In this document: in pieces, positions 35,086 to 41,511 of the stretch
Position numbering within the stretch: the stretch's first letter is position 1
Layout: each line of letters begins with the position of its first letter
Source: a virus
Lineage: Duplodnaviria > Heunggongvirae > Uroviricota > Caudoviricetes
IMG/VR virus record: IMGVR_UViG_2802429229_000003
DNA: 41,511 nucleotides
Reading direction: 5' to 3' (one strand)
The notes under the pieces: model-generated
The model's input: only the letters and a program-made list of their open reading frames with translations
Database searches by the model: none
What the model was told of the DNA's origin: nothing
Program-made: the position numbers and the translations under genes

Positions 35086-35260
35086 AAAGTGAATTTTGTG
35101 ATGCGGTGAATGCGGCTAAGCGCACGTGGCACAGTTAAAAGTCATGTTAGTCCTTATTGGTTTGGGTGGGAAAGCCGACTGTAATTGTTAACTGGTTGCA
35201 GTCACCTGGAGGCACCAGGCACCGCATCAACAAAGTTCATTTGTAAAAATGGAGATAATT

Positions 35261-35482
35261 ATGATTGCACATCACTTCGGAACTGATGAAATACCACGTC
35301 AGTGTGTGACTCCTGGCGATTATGTTCTTCATGAAGGCCGGACATATATTGCCTCGGCAAACAATATTAAAAAGCGAAAACTATATATTCGTAACCTGAC
35401 CACAAAAACATGCATTACTGACCGCATGATTAAAGTCTTCCTCGGTCGTGATGGTTTACCTGTAAAGGCGGAGTCATGGTGA
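35261..35482 (+). CDS. kilR: KilR, Rac prophage killing protein (FtsZ inhibitor), 73 aa
   Basis: ATG at 35261 after GGAGA RBS; [42 protein letters not shown]... matches KilR as recalled. Confidence 0.8.
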   Translation: MIAHHFGTDEIPRQCVTPGDYVLHEGRTYIASANNIKKRKLYIRNLTTKTCITDRMIKVFLGRDGLPVKAESW

Positions 35483-35652
35483 TGACTAAGAAAATAAAAT
35501 GTGCTTACCACCTTTGCAAAAAAGACGTTGAAGAAAGCAAAGCTATTGAAAGAATGCTTCACTTCATGCACGGGATTTTATCAAAAGACGAACCGAGAAA
35601 ATATTGCAGTGAAGCTTGTGCCGAAAAAGACCAGATGGCACATGAACTTTAA
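35482..35652 (+). CDS. ydaE: YdaE-like Cys-rich small protein, 56 aa
   Basis: ATG overlapping the kilR stop (TGATG); [56 protein letters not shown]. Confidence 0.65.
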   Translation: MTKKIKCAYHLCKKDVEESKAIERMLHFMHGILSKDEPRKYCSEACAEKDQMAHEL

Positions 35653-35726
35653 TTAATTGACTATTCGAAACTGAATTTATGCCAGAAATGGCAGGTATTC
35701 GCTCAACCTTAATTAAGGAGAAAAAC

Positions 35727-36002
35727 ATGATTACCAATTATGAAGCCACTGTTGTAACTACCGATGACATTGTTCACGAGGTGAATCTGGAAGGAAAGCG
35801 CATTGGCTACGTAATTAAAACAGAAAATAAAGAAACCCCATTCACTGTGGTTGATATCGATGGTCCATCAGGCAACGTAAAAACACTTGATGAAGGTGTC
35901 AAAAAAATGTGCCTGGTGCATATCGGAAAGAATCTGCCCGCAGAAAAAAAAGCCGAATTTCTGGCAACTCTAATTGCAATGAAATTAAAAGGTGAAATCT
36001 GA
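35727..36002 (+). CDS. racC: RacC-like protein, 91 aa
   Basis: ATG at 35727 after AAGGAG RBS; directly upstream of recE. Confidence 0.65.
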   Translation: MITNYEATVVTTDDIVHEVNLEGKRIGYVIKTENKETPFTVVDIDGPSGNVKTLDEGVKKMCLVHIGKNLPAEKKAEFLATLIAMKLKGEI

Positions 36003-36007
36003 AAGAA

Positions 36008-36032
36008 ATAGCCTGCGTATGGCGCAGGCTAT
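36008..36032 (+). other. Perfect 10-bp inverted repeat hairpin (ATAGCCTGCG / CGCAGGCTAT, 5-nt loop) between racC and recE
   Basis: Read directly; begins 6 nt after the racC stop; no U-tract follows on the plus strand. Confidence 0.5.
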
Positions 36033-36103
36033 GAACAGTGTGTATCCGGCAAGATCATTCACTGAACAAAACGAATTTTAATCTGAGTTGAGGTTAAAAA
36101 ACA

Positions 36104-38725
36104 ATGAGCACAAAACCACTCTTCCTGTTACGGAAAGCGAAAAAATCATCCGGTGAACCTGACGTCGTCCTGTGGGCAAGCAACGATTTTGAATCGACCT
36201 GTGCCACTCTGGACTACCTGATCGTTAAGTCAGGTAAAAAACTGAGCAGCTATTTTAAAGCTGTTGCCACGAATTTTCCTGTCGTTAATGACCTGCCCGC
36301 TGAAGGTGAGATCGATTTTACCTGGAGTGAACGCTATCAACTCAGCAAAGACTCCATGACATGGGAACTAAAACCGGGAGCAGCACCAGACAACGCTCAC
36401 TATCAAGGCAATACCAACGTCAACGGCGAAGACATGACTGAGATTGAGGAGAATATGCTACTCCCAATTTCTGGCCAGGAACTGCCCATTCGTTGGCTTG
36501 CTCAACACGGCAGCGAAAAACCGGTAACGCACGTTTCACGCGACGGACTCCAGGCATTACACATTGCTCGGGCTGAAGAACTACCGGCTGTTACTGCCCT
36601 GGCTGTTTCCCACAAAACCAGCCTGCTCGACCCGCTGGAAATTCGCGAACTCCACAAACTGGTTCGTGACACTGACAAAGTTTTCCCTAATCCTGGTAAT
36701 TCAAACCTGGGACTGATAACTGCTTTTTTCGAAGCATACCTGAACGCTGACTACACCGATCGAGGACTGCTGACAAAAGAGTGGATGAAGGGTAATCGTG
36801 TTTCACACATCACTCGCACGGCTTCCGGTGCTAATGCTGGCGGCGGAAACCTCACCGATCGCGGCGAAGGTTTCGTACACGATCTGACGTCACTGGCGCG
36901 CGACGTAGCCACTGGCGTACTGGCCCGTTCAATGGATCTGGACATCTATAACCTTCATCCGGCACACGCTAAACGCATTGAGGAAATTATCGCTGAAAAT
37001 AAACCGCCCTTTTCTGTTTTCCGCGACAAATTCATCACCATGCCTGGCGGGCTGGATTATTCCCGCGCCATCGTGGTTGCGTCCGTAAAAGAAGCACCAA
37101 TTGGGATCGAGGTCATCCCCGCGCACGTCACTGAATATCTGAACAAAGTACTGACTGAAACCGATCATGCCAACCCTGATCCGGAAATCGTGGATATTGC
37201 CTGCGGTCGCTCCTCTGCCCCGATGCCGCAGCGAGTAACAGAAGAAGGAAAACAGGATGATGAAGAAAAACCGCAACCATCTGGAACAACGGCAGTTGAA
37301 CAGGGAGAGGCTGAAACAATGGAACCGGACGCAACTGAACATCATCAGGACACGCAGCCGCTGGATGCTCAGTCACAGGTAAATTCTGTTGATGCGAAAT
37401 ATCAGGAACTGCGGGCAGAACTCCATGAAGCCCGGAAAAACATTCCATCAAAAAATCCTGTCGATGACGATAAATTGCTTGCTGCATCACGTGGTGAATT
37501 TGTTGACGGAATTAGCGACCCGAACAATCCGAAATGGGTTAAGGGGATCCAGACTCGCGATTCTGTGTACCAGAACCAGCCAGAAACGGAACAAAACACG
37601 CCAGAAACGGAAAAAACCAGCCCGGATGTGAAACAACCTGAGCCAGTAGTGCAACAGGAACCGGAAATAGTCTGCAATGCCTGCGGTCAGACTGGCGGGG
37701 ATAACTGCCCTGACTGTGGTGCGGTGATGGGCGACGCAACATACCAGGAAACATTCGATGAAGAGAATCAGGTTGAAGCTAAGGAAAATGATCCGGAGGA
37801 AATGGAAGGCGCTGAACATCCGCACAATGAGAATGCAGGCAGCGATCCGCATCACGATTGCAGTGATGAAACTGGCGAAGTCGCAGATCCCGTAATCGTA
37901 GAAGACATAGAGCCAGGTATTTATTACGGAATTTCGAATGAGAATTACCACGCGGGTCCCGGTGTCAGTAAGTCTCAGCTCGACGACATTGCTGATACTC
38001 CGGCACTGTATTTGTGGCGTAAAAATGCCCCCGTGGACACCACAAAGACAAAAACGCTCGATTTAGGAACCGCTTTCCACTGCCGGGTACTTGAACCGGA
38101 AGAATTCAGTAACCGCTTTATCGTAGCACCTGAATTTAACCGCCGTACAAACGCCGGAAAAGAAGAAGAGAAAGCGTTTCTGATGGAATGCGCAAGCACA
38201 GGAAAAACGGTTATCACTGCGGAAGAAGGCTGGAAAATTGAACTCATGTATCAAAGCGTTATGGCTTTGCCGCTGGGGCAATGGCTTGTTGAAAGCGCCG
38301 GACACGCTGAATCATCAATTTACTGGGAAGATCCTGAAACAGGAATTTTGTGTCGGTGCCGTCCGGACAAAATTATCCCTGAATTTCACTGGATTATGGA
38401 CGTGAAAACTACGGCGGATATTCAACGATTCAAAACCGCTTATTACGACTACCGCTATCACGTTCAGGATGCATTCTACAGTGACGGTTATGAAGCACAG
38501 TTTGGAGTGCAGCCAACTTTCGTTTTTCTGGTTGCCAGCACAACTATTGAATGCGGACGTTATCCGGTTGAAATTTTCATGATGGGCGAAGAAGCAAAAC
38601 TGGCAGGTCAACAGGAATATCACCGCAATCTGCGAACCCTGTCTGACTGCCTGAATACCGATGAATGGCCAGCTATTAAGACATTATCACTGCCCCGCTG
38701 GGCTAAGGAATATGCAAATGACTAA
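36104..38725 (+). CDS. recE: Exodeoxyribonuclease VIII (RecE), 873 aa
   Basis: Long ORF with acidic low-complexity middle region; C-terminal nuclease region matches RecE as recalled; stop overlaps the recT start. Confidence 0.85.
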   Translation: MSTKPLFLLRKAKKSSGEPDVVLWASNDFESTCATLDYLIVKSGKKLSSYFKAVATNFPVVNDLPAEGEIDFTWSERYQLSKDSMTWELKPGAAPDNAHYQGNTNVNGEDMTEIEENMLLPISGQELPIRWLAQHGSEKPVTHVSRDGLQALHIARAEELPAVTALAVSHKTSLLDPLEIRELHKLVRDTDKVFPNPGNSNLGLITAFFEAYLNADYTDRGLLTKEWMKGNRVSHITRTASGANAGGGNLTDRGEGFVHDLTSLARDVATGVLARSMDLDIYNLHPAHAKRIEEIIAENKPPFSVFRDKFITMPGGLDYSRAIVVASVKEAPIGIEVIPAHVTEYLNKVLTETDHANPDPEIVDIACGRSSAPMPQRVTEEGKQDDEEKPQPSGTTAVEQGEAETMEPDATEHHQDTQPLDAQSQVNSVDAKYQELRAELHEARKNIPSKNPVDDDKLLAASRGEFVDGISDPNNPKWVKGIQTRDSVYQNQPETEQNTPETEKTSPDVKQPEPVVQQEPEIVCNACGQTGGDNCPDCGAVMGDATYQETFDEENQVEAKENDPEEMEGAEHPHNENAGSDPHHDCSDETGEVADPVIVEDIEPGIYYGISNENYHAGPGVSKSQLDDIADTPALYLWRKNAPVDTTKTKTLDLGTAFHCRVLEPEEFSNRFIVAPEFNRRTNAGKEEEKAFLMECASTGKTVITAEEGWKIELMYQSVMALPLGQWLVESAGHAESSIYWEDPETGILCRCRPDKIIPEFHWIMDVKTTADIQRFKTAYYDYRYHVQDAFYSDGYEAQFGVQPTFVFLVASTTIECGRYPVEIFMMGEEAKLAGQQEYHRNLRTLSDCLNTDEWPAIKTLSLPRWAKEYAND

Positions 38726-39527
38726 GCAACCACCAATCGCAAAAGCCGATCTGCAAAAAACTCAGGGAAACCGTGCACCAGCAGCAGTTAAAAATAGCGA
38801 CGTGATTAGTTTTATTAACCAGCCATCAATGAAAGAGCAACTGGCAGCAGCTCTTCCACGCCATATGACGGCTGAACGTATGATCCGTATCGCCACCACA
38901 GAAATTCGTAAAGTTCCGGCGTTAGGAAACTGTGACACTATGAGTTTTGTCAGTGCGATCGTACAGTGTTCACAGCTCGGACTTGAGCCAGGTAGCGCCC
39001 TCGGTCATGCATATTTACTGCCTTTTGGTAATAAAAACGAAAAGAGCGGTAAAAAGAACGTTCAGCTAATCATTGGCTATCGCGGCATGATTGATCTGGC
39101 TCGCCGTTCTGGTCAAATCGCCAGCCTGTCAGCCCGTGTTGTCCGTGAAGGTGACGAGTTTAGCTTCGAATTTGGCCTTGATGAAAAGTTAATACACCGC
39201 CCGGGAGAAAACGAAGATGCCCCGGTTACCCACGTCTATGCTGTCGCAAGACTGAAAGACGGAGGTACTCAGTTTGAAGTTATGACGCGCAAACAGATTG
39301 AGCTGGTGCGCAGCCTGAGTAAAGCTGGTAATAACGGGCCGTGGGTAACTCACTGGGAAGAAATGGCAAAGAAAACGGCTATTCGTCGCCTGTTCAAATA
39401 TTTGCCCGTATCAATTGAGATCCAGCGTGCAGTATCAATGGATGAAAAGGAACCACTGACAATCGATCCTGCAGATTCCTCTGTATTAACCGGGGAATAC
39501 AGTGTAATCGATAATTCAGAGGAATAA
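38718..39527 (+). CDS. recT: Recombinase RecT (single-strand annealing protein), 269 aa
   Basis: ATG at 38718 overlapping the recE stop; [47 protein letters not shown]... matches RecT as recalled. Confidence 0.85.
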   Translation: MTKQPPIAKADLQKTQGNRAPAAVKNSDVISFINQPSMKEQLAAALPRHMTAERMIRIATTEIRKVPALGNCDTMSFVSAIVQCSQLGLEPGSALGHAYLLPFGNKNEKSGKKNVQLIIGYRGMIDLARRSGQIASLSARVVREGDEFSFEFGLDEKLIHRPGENEDAPVTHVYAVARLKDGGTQFEVMTRKQIELVRSLSKAGNNGPWVTHWEEMAKKTAIRRLFKYLPVSIEIQRAVSMDEKEPLTIDPADSSVLTGEYSVIDNSEE

Positions 39528-39583
39528 TTCAGCCTGGCGGTGTAATGCACCGCCAACTTGAAATATTTTTTATGAGAAAAATT

Positions 39584-39778
39584 ATGAGATATGACAATGT
39601 TAAACCATGTCCATTTTGTGGTTGTCCATCAGTAACGGTGAAAGCCATTTCAGGATATTACCGAGCGAAGTGTAACGGATGCGAATCCCGAACCGGTTAT
39701 GGTGGAAGTGAAAAAGAAGCACTCGAAAGATGGAATAAACGAACCACTGGAAATAATAATGGAGGTGTTCATGTATAA
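39584..39778 (+). CDS. ralR: Restriction alleviation protein Lar (RalR), 64 aa
   Basis: MRYDNVKPCPFCGCPSVTVKAISGYYRAKCNGCESRTGYGGSEKEALERWNKR; zinc-ribbon CxxC...CxxC. Confidence 0.7.
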   Translation: MRYDNVKPCPFCGCPSVTVKAISGYYRAKCNGCESRTGYGGSEKEALERWNKRTTGNNNGGVHV

Positions 39779-39980
39779 AATTACCGCCACTATTGAAAAG
39801 GAAGGTGGCACTCCTACTAACTGGACAAGATATTCAAAATCTAAACTAACGAAATCAGAATGCGAAAAAATGCTCTCAGGTAAAAAAGAAGCAGGCGTTT
39901 CCAGAGAGCAGAAAGTAAAACTGATAAATTTTAATTGCGAGAAACTTCAGTCCTCGAGAATTGCATTGTATTCAAATTAA
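39771..39980 (+). CDS. ydaC: YdaC-like protein, 69 aa
   Basis: ATG at 39771 overlapping the lar stop; MYKITATIEKEGGTPTNWTRYSKSKLTKSECEKMLSGKKEAGVSREQKVKL... Confidence 0.6.
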   Translation: MYKITATIEKEGGTPTNWTRYSKSKLTKSECEKMLSGKKEAGVSREQKVKLINFNCEKLQSSRIALYSN

Positions 39981-39991
39981 AACTTCATAGC

Positions 39992-40007
39992 TGATTATTA
40001 ATAATCA
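39992..40007. repeat. Perfect 16-bp AT-rich palindrome TGATTATTAATAATCA between ydaC and xis
   Basis: Sequence equals its own reverse complement; 52 nt upstream of the xis ATG. Confidence 0.6.
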
Positions 40008-40058
40008 ACATCGGGCGTCAATTTCAGTCTAACATTGGCGCCTGCCAGAGGTGATGCG

Positions 40059-40274
40059 ATGGCACAAGTAATCTTTAATGAAGAGTGGATGGTTGAATAC
40101 GGCCTGATGCTTCGCACTGGTCTGGGGGCCAGACAAATTGAAGCATACCGCCAGAACTGTTGGGTGGAGGGCTTCCACTTCAAACGAGTATCTCCTTTAG
40201 GTAAGCCAGACAGCAAACGAGGGATTATCTGGTACAACTATCCAAAGATAAATCAGTTTATCAAAGACTCATGA
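40059..40274 (+). CDS. xisR: Excisionase (XisR / YdaQ-like), 71 aa
   Basis: ATG at 40059 after AGAGGUGA RBS; small basic protein immediately upstream of and coupled to int (stop and start 1 nt apart). Confidence 0.65.
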   Translation: MAQVIFNEEWMVEYGLMLRTGLGARQIEAYRQNCWVEGFHFKRVSPLGKPDSKRGIIWYNYPKINQFIKDS

Positions 40275-40275
40275 T

Positions 40276-41511
40276 ATGTCTAAATTACCAACAGGTGTCG
40301 AGATTAGAGGTAGATACATTCGCATCTGGTTCATGTTTCGAGGAAAACGATGTCGGGAAACATTAAAAGGCTGGGAGATTACAAACAGTAATATTAAAAA
40401 GGCCGGAAATTTAAGAGCGCTGATAGTTCATGAAATAAACTCCGGTGAATTTGAGTATTTAAGACGTTTTCCCCAGTCCAGCACTGGGCCAAAAATGGTG
40501 ACAACGAGAGTCATAAAAACGTTCGGAGAGCTTTGTGATATCTGGACAAAAATTAAAGAGACAGAGTTAACAACAAACACAATGAAGAAAACGAAATCAC
40601 AATTAAAAACACTCAGAATAATAATTTGTGAAAGTACCCCGATATCACATATTCGTTATAGCGATATCTTAAACTACCGGAATGAACTGCTGCATGGAGA
40701 AACGCTTTACCTGGATAATCCAAGATCCAACAAAAAAGGAAGAACCGTGCGCACAGTTGATAACTATATCGCCCTGCTCTGTTCGCTGTTGCGTTTTGCG
40801 TATCAGTCGGGATTTATATCAACCAAACCATTTGAAGGAGTAAAAAAATTACAGCGAAACAGAATAAAGCCTGATCCGTTATCTAAAACAGAATTCAATG
40901 CATTAATGGAAAGTGAAAAAGGACAGAGCCAGAACTTGTGGAAATTTGCCGTTTACTCAGGACTTCGTCACGGGGAACTGGCAGCTCTGGCGTGGGAGGA
41001 TGTGGATCTCGAAAAGGGAATAGTGAATGTCAGAAGAAACCTGACGATACTTGATATGTTCGGTCCCCCAAAAACAAATGCCGGGATCCGAACAGTAACA
41101 CTACTGCAGCCTGCTCTTGAAGCACTGAAGGAGCAATACAAACTGACCGGGCATCATCGCAAAAGCGAAATCACCTTTTATCATCGGGAGTACGGCAGAA
41201 CCGAAAAGCAAAAACTGCATTTTGTTTTCATGCCCAGGGTGTGTAACGGAAAACAAAAACCTTATTACTCGGTAAGCAGTTTGGGGGCAAGGTGGAATGC
41301 AGCAGTAAAACGTGCTGGTATTCGCCGCCGTAATCCGTACCATACGCGACATACTTTTGCCTGCTGGCTGTTGACGGCAGGAGCGAACCCGGCATTTATA
41401 GCCAGCCAAATGGGGCATGAAACTGCGCAGATGGTGTATGAAATTTACGGTATGTGGATTGATGACATGAACGACGAACAGATAGCCATGTTGAATGCGC
41501 GGTTATCGTAG
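40276..41511 (+). CDS. intR: Tyrosine integrase (IntR-like), 411 aa
   Basis: C-terminal catalytic region with R...HxxR...Y (NPYHTRHTFACWLLTAG...QMGHETAQMVYEIYGMWI); stop at the last base of the window. Confidence 0.85.
   Translation: MSKLPTGVEIRGRYIRIWFMFRGKRCRETLKGWEITNSNIKKAGNLRALIVHEINSGEFEYLRRFPQSSTGPKMVTTRVIKTFGELCDIWTKIKETELTTNTMKKTKSQLKTLRIIICESTPISHIRYSDILNYRNELLHGETLYLDNPRSNKKGRTVRTVDNYIALLCSLLRFAYQSGFISTKPFEGVKKLQRNRIKPDPLSKTEFNALMESEKGQSQNLWKFAVYSGLRHGELAALAWEDVDLEKGIVNVRRNLTILDMFGPPKTNAGIRTVTLLQPALEALKEQYKLTGHHRKSEITFYHREYGRTEKQKLHFVFMPRVCNGKQKPYYSVSSLGARWNAAVKRAGIRRRNPYHTRHTFACWLLTAGANPAFIASQMGHETAQMVYEIYGMWIDDMNDEQIAMLNARLS

Larger units (their letters stand above)
1..41511. 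mobile_element. Lambdoid (Rac-like) prophage segment running from tail gene J to the integrase stop codon; attachment sites not visible in the window
   Basis: Contiguous phage modules: lambda-like tail genes, head and terminase genes, lysis cassette, Q, nin genes, replication and immunity genes, recET, xis, int. Window ends exactly at the int stop. Confidence 0.85.

Noticed and set aside
34854-35132. 92-aa minus-strand ORF in the sieB-kilR intergenic region
   Set aside because: Overlaps the sieB start in another frame and spans the plus-strand terminator-like hairpin; no RBS; more likely regulatory DNA.
36751-38623. Cluster of minus-strand ORFs (64-154 aa) inside recE
   Set aside because: Antisense to recE; they arise from its low-complexity acidic region and have no start signals.
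1-41511. CRISPR arrays, tRNA or rRNA genes, IS elements or transposases
   Set aside because: No regularly spaced direct repeats, no cloverleaf-like candidates in the intergenic regions inspected by eye, and no transposase-like ORF; a tRNA scan would be needed to exclude tRNAs formally.

Overview
The whole 41.5-kb window reads as one lambdoid prophage of an Escherichia-like host, very similar to the Rac prophage of E. coli K-12 but in the opposite orientation and far more complete. All protein identifications rest on my recollection of lambda and Rac protein sequences and on motifs read by eye; no database search, HMM, or structure prediction was run. Start codons and hairpins were placed by manual inspection.

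Layout, from window start to end:
- 1-16931 (minus strand): late structural operon. Lambda-like tail genes J (partial), I, K, L, M, tape measure, a G/GT chaperone pair with a -1 frameshift site, major tail and head-tail genes; then a non-lambda head module (major capsid, scaffold, Mu F-like protein, portal, large and small terminase).
- 17122-18838: a glycosyltransferase-like protein and a ParB-like nuclease-domain protein.
- 18976-20433: the AT-rich trkG potassium-uptake moron.
- 20571-23534: lysis cassette (holin, lambda-type R endolysin, Rz with embedded Rz1), an AT-rich membrane-protein moron, and a putative Q antiterminator.
- 23531-25102: two nin-region genes, a 28-codon hydrophobic ORF and a hok/mok type I toxin.
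- 25694-29326: a strongly AT-rich 1210-aa KAP-family P-loop NTPase with its own terminator.
- 29733-33744: replication and immunity genes (two winged-helix proteins, DnaC-like YdaV, YdaU, YdaT, a Cro-like YdaS-position gene, and a RacR-like repressor on the plus strand).
- 34034-41511 (mostly plus strand): early-left genes ydaG, ydaF, sieB (minus), kilR, ydaE, racC, recE, recT, lar, ydaC, xis, int.

The best candidate for an undescribed system is the KAP NTPase island sitting beside hok. Secondary candidates are the 189-aa membrane moron between Q and the holin, and the ParB-like plus glycosyltransferase-like pair. No rRNA, tRNA, CRISPR array or transposase was recognised.
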